Shown here one piece after another: positions 23,444 through 32,177 of a stretch of 51,217 nt of DNA. Position 1 is the stretch's first letter. Each line of letters begins with the position of its first letter. The notes under the pieces are model-generated. The model was not told where the DNA came from. It made no database searches and saw only the letters and a program-made list of their open reading frames with translations. The position numbers were made by a program, and so were the translations under genes. Source of the DNA: Candidatus Limnocylindria bacterium (lineage in GTDB: Bacteria > Chloroflexota > Limnocylindria > P2-11E); contig DATCPY010000180.1 of the NCBI GenBank assembly GCA_036569845.1, forward strand, positions 1 to 51,217, in the 5' to 3' direction.

Positions 23444-23969
23444 CCTGCGGATCCGCCGCGGGACGCCGGACGACGCGCCGGCGATCGCGAGCGTGCGGGT
23501 GGACACCTGGCGCAGCGCCTACCGCGGTCTTCTCCCTGACGCGCTCCTCGACGGTCTCGATACCACCAACATCACGGCCAATTGGCGGCGTGGGCTCGAG
23601 ACGATCGACCCCACCCGAGTCGCGTACGTGGCCGAGGTCGGCGGAGTGGTCATCGGCTTCGCGAGCGGTGGCCGCGCTCGCGCAGCGAACCCCGGTTATC
23701 CGGGCGAGGTGTACGCGCTGTACGTGCGCGACGCGCATCAGGGGAAGGGGATCGGGCGAGCGCTCTTGCGCGCAGCGGTAGCGGAGCTCGTGAAGCGGGG
23801 GCTCGACCCGATCGTCATCTGGACGCTGTTCGACAATCAAAGATCACGCGGGTTCTATGAGTCGCTCGGCGGCGCGGTCATCGGCGAGAAGCGCGAGCCG
23901 TTCGAGGGTCACGAGCTCCACGAGGTCGCGTACGGCTGGATGGATCCCGCGCCGCTCCTCGAGGCCTAG
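23430..23969 (+). CDS. GNAT family N-acetyltransferase
   Basis: IRRGTPDDAPAIASV...YVRDAHQGKGIGRALL...N.RSRGFYESLGG. The track start at 23376 lies deep inside the peptidase gene. ATG 23430 gives the usual MPI..IR N-terminus, with a 14-nt overlap. Confidence 0.8.
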   Translation: MPIPDLRIRRGTPDDAPAIASVRVDTWRSAYRGLLPDALLDGLDTTNITANWRRGLETIDPTRVAYVAEVGGVVIGFASGGRARAANPGYPGEVYALYVRDAHQGKGIGRALLRAAVAELVKRGLDPIVIWTLFDNQRSRGFYESLGGAVIGEKREPFEGHELHEVAYGWMDPAPLLEA

Positions 23970-24370
23970 TCGGGGCGACCTGGCCCCAGGTCGACATCCT
24001 TCGGCGCGTCATCGGGGAGCTTCCAGCGGATGTACCCGTATCCGGTCTCGACGTGCTGCTTGTTCGCGTCGTCCGTCGCCGTCGCGAATGCGCGATCGAA
24101 GGCGGCGCGATCCTGCGTCTCGATCGCCGCGAACAGCGGAGCGAGCATTGCCGTCTCGTACGTCGCGAGACGTTCGGCGTACTTCGGCCGGATGATCGCG
24201 AGCCGCCGCTGCAGCGATCGCACGCGCCGCGCGTAGAACGCCGCGAGCGGCCAGTTGCCACCGCGCGCCGCAAACGCGCAGCGCCACCATGAATTGCCCA
24301 CCAGCACCATCAGGTCCGCGGTGCCTGGAAGTCCGGCGGCGATGTGCTCGGGGCTGAGCTCGTCGGTCAC
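23966..24370 (-). CDS. Hypothetical protein (134 aa), family not recognised
   Basis: High third-position GC throughout. GGAGAA Shine-Dalgarno 7 nt upstream of GTG 24370. I could not name any motif in it. Confidence 0.55.
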   Translation of the reverse strand: MTDELSPEHIAAGLPGTADLMVLVGNSWWRCAFAARGGNWPLAAFYARRVRSLQRRLAIIRPKYAERLATYETAMLAPLFAAIETQDRAAFDRAFATATDDANKQHVETGYGYIRWKLPDDAPKDVDLGPGRPD

Positions 24371-24607
24371 GCCACAATTCTCCGCGATGGCTCACGATCA
24401 TGGCGATCCGGTCACTTCATGGCGGATCTTCTGGACGAGCGACCTGCCATTCCGTCGCCGGCTTGCGGTCGCCGCGGCGAACGTGCTCCGGCGGGTCACG
24501 AAGCCGCCGCACGACTGCTGCGGACATCCCGGTGAGCCGGGCTGCTGACGTCCCGCACCGGCGGACGGTCGTTCGCCTGACGCGCATCCCGGCTACCATC
24601 GGCCCGA

Positions 24608-25108
24608 ATGAAGGAATTCCTCGAAGGCCGCCGCTTCGGCTTCGCGCTGCGTCCGCAGCTCGGCTACATCGCGCTCGGCCTGGCGCTCGCGGTCACGCTC
24701 CTCGACCTCATGGCCTGGTTCGGCTGGGGCGCGCGCGACACCAACGGCTACGTCATCGCGAACGCCTGGGTCGCGGTCGCCGTCACGGTCGTCGCGGCGC
24801 TCGCCACCATCACCGCGTTCATCGAATCCAGCGATGCGCCCGAAGAGGATCGCTCGCTCGCGCGGCTCGACGTGCTTGCGGCGTTCGTCGTGGTCCTGCT
24901 GTACGCGGTGTCGAGCGCGCTCCGGATCGTGGATCAGGGCGCGGCCGCCGCCTCACCGGGCGCGGTCGTGGCCGCCTTTGCGGGCCTCATCGTGCTGCTC
25001 GTAGACGGCGTGATCGCCGCGACCCTCTACTCGAGCCGGGAATGGGCGGTCCTCGACGAAGAGGAGTACGAGCCCCGCCGGCACCAGAAGCGGCGCCGCG
25101 CGAGCTAG
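24608..25108 (+). CDS. Hypothetical integral membrane protein (4 predicted TM helices, acidic/basic C-tail)
   Basis: 166 aa with four hydrophobic stretches of about 20 aa. A TACCAT hexamer lies 8 nt upstream of the ATG. Confidence 0.6.
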   Translation: MKEFLEGRRFGFALRPQLGYIALGLALAVTLLDLMAWFGWGARDTNGYVIANAWVAVAVTVVAALATITAFIESSDAPEEDRSLARLDVLAAFVVVLLYAVSSALRIVDQGAAAASPGAVVAAFAGLIVLLVDGVIAATLYSSREWAVLDEEEYEPRRHQKRRRAS

Positions 25109-25122
25109 GGGGTCTCGCTCGC

Positions 25123-25932
25123 CTACACCGCTGCTCCGGTCAGGAAGAACAGCACCCGCGCGCTGACCTCACCGGCGAGCACGCAGCCCAGGCCGACGAA
25201 GAGCAACCCGGTCGAGGCTTGGGTATTCATCCGCGCCGTCCACCACGCCGCGAGCGCGACCGCGAGGGTCATGAACAGCCCGACACCGACCCGGAGCCCG
25301 GCCGCCACGACGAAGGCCGGCTCCATGTTGAGCGTGAGCTCGCCGCGCGCGATGGCGATCGCCACCAAGATGATCTGCAGCACCACCGCGCCGACGAGCA
25401 CGAGCGCCGCGCGCTGAAGCGGTCCGGACGAGAGCTTGGGCGTCACGAGATACCAGTGGCCGAGCAGCATCGCGGCGTCGGCGCCGCCGAGCGCGAGGGC
25501 GCCGAGTGGGAGCGCCACGAGCGCGAAGACGTCGAACGCCGAGGTCGATGGCCGCGCGACGGCCGCAAGCACGAGATCGAACATGCCGGCGAGGACCGTG
25601 ATGATGCCAACGGCTTCGCGCACGGTCTTCCACGGTGTGAACGATCCGATCAGCTGCGCGACGACGAGCACGATCACGACGATGAGCACCTGGGCGAACG
25701 CGGCGAGCGCGCCCGCATCGAGACCCGCGCGGGCCACGAGATCGCCGCGCGGTAGCGCGGGCAGTAGGACGCCGGCGAACGCGATGGCCCCGGCGTCGAC
25801 GAACGCGGTGAGCTTCAGGAAGCCCGATGGCGCCGCTTCGGTGCGGTCGATGTACCACATCAGGAACGCACCGCCGATCGCGAGCTCGACCATGAGCACG
25901 CACAGCACGAGTGGAAGCGTGGCGAGGGCCAT
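25123..25932 (-). CDS. Hypothetical polytopic membrane protein (about 8 TM)
   Basis: 269 aa, almost entirely hydrophobic segments. Its start abuts the stop of the upstream PIG-L gene with a 0-nt gap, implying co-transcription. Confidence 0.6.
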   Translation of the reverse strand: MALATLPLVLCVLMVELAIGGAFLMWYIDRTEAAPSGFLKLTAFVDAGAIAFAGVLLPALPRGDLVARAGLDAGALAAFAQVLIVVIVLVVAQLIGSFTPWKTVREAVGIITVLAGMFDLVLAAVARPSTSAFDVFALVALPLGALALGGADAAMLLGHWYLVTPKLSSGPLQRAALVLVGAVVLQIILVAIAIARGELTLNMEPAFVVAAGLRVGVGLFMTLAVALAAWWTARMNTQASTGLLFVGLGCVLAGEVSARVLFFLTGAAV

Positions 25933-26652
25933 CTAGCCGAACAGATCGTCGGAGCGCGGCGTCGCTCCGGTGCGGTCGATCGCGAGGTGGAAGTACTCCT
26001 TGCCCGCTCTGCGCTTCAGCAGGTCGTAGAAGAAGTCGCGATCCTTGTGCTGGGTCTTGTGACACTCGAACGCTGCGGCCTTGCGCTTCTCGAACTCCGA
26101 GACGTCGATGATGTGGGTCGGTGTCGTGGCGCCGAACGCCGCCGGCGCGTCCGCCACGTATGGCGTCGCGCTGAAGAAGAGCCGTCGCCCGAGGTGTGGC
26201 GCGCCCCGCTCGGGGTACTGATCCGCCACGGCTGCTCGAGCGAACGCCCGTGCCGCGAAATACGACGCTGAGCGGTGATCGTCGTGCTCGCTGCCGGCGC
26301 CCTCGGGCCCGAACGTGCAGACGATCTCGGGCCTGACCTCGCGGATCGCCTGCACGATGTCAGCGGTGATGACGTCCGCGGGCGCGTCCTTGAGGCCGCC
26401 ATCCGGATACCGCAGGAGCCTCGACCACTGGTAGCCGATGACCTGGACCGCCGCGGCCCATTCCTTCGCTCGCTCGGTGCCGAGGTCGAGCTTCGACCAC
26501 GAGCCGAAATCCTTCCCCAGCCACAGGCCCGCGTCACCGCGGGTGAGCGTCAGCAGCGCGACCGTGTGTCCGGCCGCCGCGAGCTTCATGGGCGTGCCGG
26601 AGACGAACGATTCGTCGTCGGGATGGGCGTAGATGAAGAGCGCAGTGCCGAT
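25933..26652 (-). CDS. PIG-L/LmbE family deacetylase, copy 2; start codon non-canonical (ATC 26652 or CTG 26661)
   Basis: The track ORF starts at ATG 26589 (MKLAAAGHTVALLTLTRGDAG). The in-frame upstream codons read LSCIGTALFIYAHPDDESFVSGTP, containing the family-defining AHPDDE motif. There is no ATG/GTG/TTG in frame back to the TGA at 26748-26746. Confidence 0.7.
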   Translation of the reverse strand: MGTALFIYAHPDDESFVSGTPMKLAAAGHTVALLTLTRGDAGLWLGKDFGSWSKLDLGTERAKEWAAAVQVIGYQWSRLLRYPDGGLKDAPADVITADIVQAIREVRPEIVCTFGPEGAGSEHDDHRSASYFAARAFARAAVADQYPERGAPHLGRRLFFSATPYVADAPAAFGATTPTHIIDVSEFEKRKAAAFECHKTQHKDRDFFYDLLKRRAGKEYFHLAIDRTGATPRSDDLFG

Positions 26653-26659
26653 GCACGAC

Positions 26660-26669
26660 AGGTTAGCGT
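26660..26669. promoter_or_regulatory. Overlapping back-to-back -10 hexamers in the divergent gap between PIG-L copy 2 and the ubiE-like gene
   Basis: Minus strand TAACCT (complement of 26660-26665) lies 7 nt before ATC 26652. Plus strand TAGCGT (26664-26669) lies 9 nt before ATG 26679. The hexamers share a TA, the same layout as at 6444-6453. Confidence 0.35.
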
Positions 26670-26678
26670 TCGCCGCGG

Positions 26679-27371
26679 ATGACCGACGCGCACGACCGCG
26701 AGATCGCGACGATGTTCGACCGGATCGCCATTCGCTACGACTTCCTCAATCGCGTGCTCTCGTTCGGCACTGACGTCGGCTGGCGCCGCCGGACGATCGC
26801 GCGCGCGGACATCCGGCCGGGGTCGTGGGTCCTCGACATCGGCGCGGGGACCGGCGATCTGTCATTCGCCGCGGCCGCGCGTGGCGCCTCGGTCGTCGCG
26901 ATCGACCTGTCGCCCGGGATGCTCGCGGTGCTATCGCGGCGCGCGACCGGCATGCAGCGCGCGCGTGTCCGGCCGCTCGTCGGGAACGCCGAGGCGTTGC
27001 CGCTTCCTGACGCGAGCATCGATCGCATCGTCAGCGGCTTCACGGTTCGCAACGTGGGCGACCTCGGCCGAGCGTTCGCGGAGCTGCGCCGTGTGCTGCG
27101 GCCCGATGGCCGTGCTGTGGTGCTCGAGCTGTCGCATCCGCCGAGCCCGGTCTTCGCGCAGCTGTTCGCCCTTTACTTCTCCTTCCTCCTCCCACCGCTC
27201 GCGAGACTGCTGGGTGGCGATGGTCGCGCATACCGGTACCTGCCTGAGTCGCTGCGGTCGTTTCCCGACGCCGAGCGTCTCGCGGCGATGCTTCGCGACG
27301 CGGGCTTCAGCACGGTGACCTACGAACGAGTGACGTTCGGGATCGCGGCCATCCACATCGCCGAGGTCTAG
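26679..27371 (+). CDS. UbiE/MenG-type class I SAM-dependent methyltransferase (demethylmenaquinone methyltransferase-like)
   Basis: 230 aa with MFDRIAIRYDFLNRVLSFG...WRR and VLDIGAGTGD motifs plus a C-terminal YL.ES....P. This matches the UbiE/MenG pattern. Confidence 0.75.
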   Translation: MTDAHDREIATMFDRIAIRYDFLNRVLSFGTDVGWRRRTIARADIRPGSWVLDIGAGTGDLSFAAAARGASVVAIDLSPGMLAVLSRRATGMQRARVRPLVGNAEALPLPDASIDRIVSGFTVRNVGDLGRAFAELRRVLRPDGRAVVLELSHPPSPVFAQLFALYFSFLLPPLARLLGGDGRAYRYLPESLRSFPDAERLAAMLRDAGFSTVTYERVTFGIAAIHIAEV

Positions 27372-27381
27372 GCTGCGGCCC

Positions 27382-28530
27382 GTGGACTTCGACATCCCCG
27401 AAGAGCTCCTGCTCCTGGGACGCACGGTCCGTGAGTTCGTCGAGGGCCGGCTGGTCCCCATCGAGAAGCAGGTCGAGGACGACGACAAGATCCCCGACGC
27501 GATCCTCAAGGAGATGGGGGCGCTTGGCTTCTTCGGGCTGCCGTTCCCCGAGGAGTACGGCGGCGTGGGTGCCGGTGACCTCGGCTATTGCGTCGCGCTC
27601 GAGGAGTTCGGGCGGACCTCGGCCGCGTTCTCCAATCTCATCGGGGCGCACACCTCCATCGGCTCGATGTCCATCTATCTCGGCGGGACCGAGGCTCAGA
27701 AGAAGCAGTACCTCCCCGATCTGACCGCGGGCCGGAAGATCGCGGCGTTCTCGCTCACCGAGCCGTCCAGCGGCTCCGACGCCGCGTCGATCCAGACGAC
27801 CGCCATCAAGCGCGGGGACCGCTGGATCCTGAACGGCACGAAGATCTGGGTCACCAATGGCCCGATCGCCGATGTCGTCGTGGTCTATGCGGCCAACGAC
27901 CGCAGCCTTGGCCCGCGCGGCGGCATCAGCGCATTCATCGTGGAGAAGGGGTTTAAGGGGTTCCGCGGCGGGAAGGTCGACGACAAGATGGGCCTTCGCG
28001 GCAGCTACACCGGCGAGCTCATCTTCGAGGATTGCGAAGTGCCCGACGAGAACGTGCTCGGCGGCACGCCGGGCGCCGGCTTCCGCACCGCGCTCGGCGC
28101 GCTCGACATCGGGCGCATCTCGCTCGCCGCGGGCGCCGTCGGCTCGAGCCAGCATCTTCTCGAGCTTGCGATCGCGCACAGCAAGCGGCGGGTCCAGTTC
28201 GGGAAGCCCATCGCCGTCAACCAGGCGATCCAGTGGATGCTCGCGGACTCGGCGGTCGAGATCCACGCGGCGCGGCTCATGGTCTACGACGCCGCGGCGA
28301 AGATGGATCGCGGCGTCCGCGCCTCGAACGAGGCCGCGATGGTGAAGCTGTTCGCGTCCGAGATGGCCGGGCGGGTCGTCGACCGGGTGCTGCAGATCCA
28401 CGGCGGCATGGGCTACATGAAGGGGTCGCCGGTGGAGCGAGCGTATCGGGATGCCCGCATCCTGCGGATCTACGAGGGGACCAGCGAGGTCCAGCGCATG
28501 ATCATCGCGGAGGAGCTGCTCAAGGCCTAG
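27382..28530 (+). CDS. Acyl-CoA dehydrogenase
   Basis: 382 aa. FSLTEPSSGSDAAS, ...KIWVTNG..., QIHGGMGYM and a catalytic-base region YEGTSEVQRMIIA. Confidence 0.9.
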   Translation: MDFDIPEELLLLGRTVREFVEGRLVPIEKQVEDDDKIPDAILKEMGALGFFGLPFPEEYGGVGAGDLGYCVALEEFGRTSAAFSNLIGAHTSIGSMSIYLGGTEAQKKQYLPDLTAGRKIAAFSLTEPSSGSDAASIQTTAIKRGDRWILNGTKIWVTNGPIADVVVVYAANDRSLGPRGGISAFIVEKGFKGFRGGKVDDKMGLRGSYTGELIFEDCEVPDENVLGGTPGAGFRTALGALDIGRISLAAGAVGSSQHLLELAIAHSKRRVQFGKPIAVNQAIQWMLADSAVEIHAARLMVYDAAAKMDRGVRASNEAAMVKLFASEMAGRVVDRVLQIHGGMGYMKGSPVERAYRDARILRIYEGTSEVQRMIIAEELLKA

Positions 28531-28545
28531 GGGAGGTCTCACGAC

Positions 28546-30276
28546 ATGGCACAGCGCATCGCGGTCACGGCCCGGACGGGCACGCTGTCACCGAAGCACG
28601 CCAAGAACTACGACGCCGAGGTCCCCGCGTCGCTCGAGTATCCGGCCGTGCCGCTGCACGCGATCCTCGATCAGGCGGCCGAGCTCTATCCGGCGTCGAC
28701 GGCCACGATCTTCTTCAACGCGAAGAAGTCGTACCGCTCGCTCCTCGCGGACGCGAAGCGGTTCTCGGCCGGGCTGCGCGCGCTCGGCGTGAAACAGGGC
28801 GACAAGGTCGCCATCGACCTCCCGAACTGCCCGCAGTTCCTCGTCGCCTTCTACGGCGCGTTGCGCATCGGCGCGGTCGTCGTTCCGTGCAATCCGTTGT
28901 ACACGCCACCCGAGCTGCGTCACCAGCTCGCCGACTCCGGCGCCGAGACGATCGTCGTCCTATCGCGCCTCTATCCGGTCGTGAAGGCCGCGCGCGAGGG
29001 CACGAAGCTCCGCAACGTCATCGTGACGAACATCAAGGAGGAGATGCCGCCGCTCCTGCGCACGCTGTTCACCATCGCGAAGGAGAAGAAGGACGGGCAC
29101 CGCGTCCCGTTCGCTCACGATCCCGGGGCGATCGCCTTCCAGAAGGTGCTGTCGCTCGGCGGGGACGACTCGGCCGCGACGGTGCGATCGGACGACGTCG
29201 CGGTCCTGCAGTACACCGGCGGCACGACCGGCACGTCGAAGGGCGCGATGCTCTCGCACCGCGCGCTCGTCGCGAACGCGCTCCAGTGCAAGGCGTGGTT
29301 CGGCAAGGCGATGCGAGACGGCAAGGACGCCGTGATGGGCGTGATGCCCCTGTTCCACGTCTACGGCCTCACCACGGTCATGAACTTCGCCGTGCTCTCG
29401 GGCGGCGCGATCATCCTCGAGCCCGCGGCAGACCTCGAGCACTGGATGAAGGATATCCAGCGCCACAAGCCGAAGCTGTTCCACGGGTCGCCGCGCATCT
29501 ACAACGGGATCAACAACTCACCGCTCGCGAAGAAGTACGACCTGCACTCGATCGTCGCATGCATCTCGGGCTCCGCGCCGCTGCTCATGGAGACGGCGCG
29601 CAAGTTCCGCGAGCTCACCGGCGCGAACCTCGTCGAGGGGTACGGCCTGACCGAGGCCTCGCCGGTCACGCACTGCAATCCGGTCTTCGATACCGCTAAG
29701 AACAGGATCGGGACCATCGGCCTCACGTTCCCCGACACCGAGACGCGCATCGTCGATCTCGAGACCGGCGAGACCGACGTCACGCCGGGTCAGGCCGGCG
29801 AGCTCCTCATCCGCGGGCCGCAGCTGATGGACGGCTACTACAACAAGCCCGAGGAGACGGCGCAGACGCTGAAGGACGGGTGGTTGCACACGGGCGACAT
29901 CGCGACCATCGACGCGGACGGCTACGTCGCGATCGTTGATCGCAAGAAGGAGATGATCATCGTCTCCGGCTACAACGTGTATCCGCGCGAGGTCGAGGAG
30001 ACGCTGGCGAAGCATCCCGCCGTCCTCGAGGGTGCGGCGATCGGCGTCCCGCACGCGATCAAGGGCGAAGAGGTCAAGGCGTTCGTCGTCCTCAAGCCGG
30101 GCCAGACCGCGACCGCGGACGAGCTCATCGCGTTCTGCCGCGAGCAGCTCGCGCCATTCAAGGTCCCGAAGGCGATCGAGTTCCGGGCGTCGCTGCCGAA
30201 GACGCAACCGGTGGGGAAGATCCTGCGACGCCAGCTCGCCGAGGAGGACAAGAAGAAGCGCGAATCCGCGACGTGA
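28546..30276 (+). CDS. Long-chain fatty-acid--CoA ligase (AMP-binding, FadD-like)
   Basis: 576 aa with LQYTGGTTGTSKGAMLSH, EGYGLTE, TGDIATID.DGY..IVDRKK and ...PKTQPVGKILRR motifs. GGGGAGG Shine-Dalgarno upstream. Confidence 0.9.
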   Translation: MAQRIAVTARTGTLSPKHAKNYDAEVPASLEYPAVPLHAILDQAAELYPASTATIFFNAKKSYRSLLADAKRFSAGLRALGVKQGDKVAIDLPNCPQFLVAFYGALRIGAVVVPCNPLYTPPELRHQLADSGAETIVVLSRLYPVVKAAREGTKLRNVIVTNIKEEMPPLLRTLFTIAKEKKDGHRVPFAHDPGAIAFQKVLSLGGDDSAATVRSDDVAVLQYTGGTTGTSKGAMLSHRALVANALQCKAWFGKAMRDGKDAVMGVMPLFHVYGLTTVMNFAVLSGGAIILEPAADLEHWMKDIQRHKPKLFHGSPRIYNGINNSPLAKKYDLHSIVACISGSAPLLMETARKFRELTGANLVEGYGLTEASPVTHCNPVFDTAKNRIGTIGLTFPDTETRIVDLETGETDVTPGQAGELLIRGPQLMDGYYNKPEETAQTLKDGWLHTGDIATIDADGYVAIVDRKKEMIIVSGYNVYPREVEETLAKHPAVLEGAAIGVPHAIKGEEVKAFVVLKPGQTATADELIAFCREQLAPFKVPKAIEFRASLPKTQPVGKILRRQLAEEDKKKRESAT

Positions 30277-32168
30277 TCGGCGACCGCGAGCGCGCGACGC
30301 TCGTCACCGCCTGCGGCACCTTCGTGCCCGAGGGGCAGCCGGGCGCGATCGCCGACGCGATCGTCGCGGAGCTCGCGGCCATCGGCCGGCCGAAGCTGCT
30401 TGCAGATCTTCGCCTGTTCCTGCGTCTGATCGACTCCCGTCTCGTCAATGCGGTGCTCATCCAACGGCCGACCCGCTTCAGCGACCTCGCGCAGAGCGAG
30501 CGCGAGGCGTACCTGCGTCGCTGGGCCGACTCGCGCGTGCCGCTCCTGCGGAGCGGGTTCCAGGCGGTGAAGCGGCTGTCGCTGTTCATCGCGTACTCGC
30601 GACCCGAGGCCGGCGCCGCGGTGCTGCTGCCTGAGACCGGATACGTCCGTCCCGATCCGCTACCGCTCCCTGACCGGCCGCTGGCGATCGCGCCGCTCGC
30701 GGTCCACGACGCCGACACGCTCGACTGCGACGTGTGCGTCGTCGGATCGGGCGCCGGCGGTGCAGTCGCTGCGTCCGAGGCCGCGCAGGCCGGTCGCTCG
30801 GTCATCGTCCTCGAGCGCGGGCCGTCGTGGAGCGAGACCGATCTCGTGCCGCGCGAGGCCGAAGGGACTGCGCGGTTCTTCTGGGATCGCGGGCTTGCGG
30901 CGACCGACGATCTCGGCGTCGTGCTGTTCGCCGGCCGGGCCCTCGGCGGTGGCACCGTCGTGAACTGGATGACCTCGCTTCGCCTGCCCGACGACATCCG
31001 CGCGGAGTGGGAGACGCTCGGCGCGGATGGCATGGGGCCCGAGCTCGACGAGCATTACGCAGCGGTCGAAGAGCGCAGCGACGTGAACCTCGACGAGAGC
31101 GTCCGCAACGCGCAGAACGACGCGCTCGCCCGCGGGCTCGACGCGCTGGGTAAGCCCTGGTCGGTGATCCCGCGCAACGCGCGCGGCTGCGGCGACTGCG
31201 GGCACTGCGGCATGGGGTGCCGGGCCGGAGCGAAGCGCTCGACGGCGCGCACCTTCCTGGCCGACGCGGTCGCGCGCGGCGCGCGCGTGATCACCGACTG
31301 CGAGGCCCGCACGATCACGACCGCGAGCGGCGCGGTGACCGGCGTGACCGCGGTCGCCGGCGAACGGCGCATCACCGTCCGAGCCCCGCGCATCGTCCTC
31401 GCCGGTGGCGCGATCGGCACACCGGCGCTCCTCCTGCGCTCCGGCCTGGGTGGACCGCTGGCCGGGCGGCGCCTGTTCCTCCACCCGGTGCCCGCGGTCT
31501 TCGCGCGCTACCCCGATCCGATCCGGATGTGGTCCGGCGTGCCGCAGAGCGTGGTATCCGACGCGTTCGCGCGGCTCGACGGCGCGTACGGCTTCCGGCT
31601 CGAGGTGCCGCCCGTCCTACCTGGCGTCGCGGCCGCGGGGACCCCGTGGCGTTCGGCGTCCCAGCATCGCGACACGCTGCGCGCGATCGATCACTACGCG
31701 GCGTTCATCCCGATCGTGCGCGACCGCGAGCCGGGCCGGGTGCACGTGGACCGCGACGGCGCCGCGCTCGTGTCGTACGCCGTTCGCGGTGCGGATGCCG
31801 CGATGTGCGTCCGCGCGATCGTCGAGACCGCGAAGGTCCATCTGGCCGCCGGGGCCAGCCTGGTCCGCACGCTGCACACGCGGCCGCTCGCGCTCGAGCC
31901 GGGCGGCGACGTCGCCGCGTTCGCCGCCGCGGTCGCGCACCGTGGTGTCGCGCCGAACACCGTCGGGATCTTCAGCGCGCACCAGATGGGCACTGCGGGG
32001 ATGGGACACGGGCAAGACAGCGTGAGCGATCCAGACGGCGCGATCCGCGGCGTCCGCGGCCTGCACGTCGTCGACGCGAGCGCCTTCCCGAACGCGTCCG
32101 GCGTGAATCCGATGCTCACCGTGATGGCGCTCGCGCGCCGGAACGTGCGGCGCATGCTCGCGTCCTAA
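30273..32168 (+). CDS. GMC-family FAD oxidoreductase with long N-terminal extension (long-chain fatty-alcohol-oxidase-like)
   Basis: 631 aa. The dinucleotide fold motif DVCVVGSGAGGAVAA follows a roughly 145-aa N-terminal region. The GMC C-terminal motif is SAHQMGTAGMG...DPDGAIRGVRGLHVVDASAFP. GTGA overlap with the ligase stop. Confidence 0.75.
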   Translation: MIGDRERATLVTACGTFVPEGQPGAIADAIVAELAAIGRPKLLADLRLFLRLIDSRLVNAVLIQRPTRFSDLAQSEREAYLRRWADSRVPLLRSGFQAVKRLSLFIAYSRPEAGAAVLLPETGYVRPDPLPLPDRPLAIAPLAVHDADTLDCDVCVVGSGAGGAVAASEAAQAGRSVIVLERGPSWSETDLVPREAEGTARFFWDRGLAATDDLGVVLFAGRALGGGTVVNWMTSLRLPDDIRAEWETLGADGMGPELDEHYAAVEERSDVNLDESVRNAQNDALARGLDALGKPWSVIPRNARGCGDCGHCGMGCRAGAKRSTARTFLADAVARGARVITDCEARTITTASGAVTGVTAVAGERRITVRAPRIVLAGGAIGTPALLLRSGLGGPLAGRRLFLHPVPAVFARYPDPIRMWSGVPQSVVSDAFARLDGAYGFRLEVPPVLPGVAAAGTPWRSASQHRDTLRAIDHYAAFIPIVRDREPGRVHVDRDGAALVSYAVRGADAAMCVRAIVETAKVHLAAGASLVRTLHTRPLALEPGGDVAAFAAAVAHRGVAPNTVGIFSAHQMGTAGMGHGQDSVSDPDGAIRGVRGLHVVDASAFPNASGVNPMLTVMALARRNVRRMLAS

Positions 32169-32177
32169 CGAAGGGTC

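Noticed and set aside
25098-25122. Possible terminator hairpin gcgagc-N11-gctcgc between the convergent membrane-protein genes
   Set aside because: It has only a 6-bp stem and an 11-nt loop, no U-tract, and it partly overlaps the coding end of the 24608 gene. That is too weak to call.
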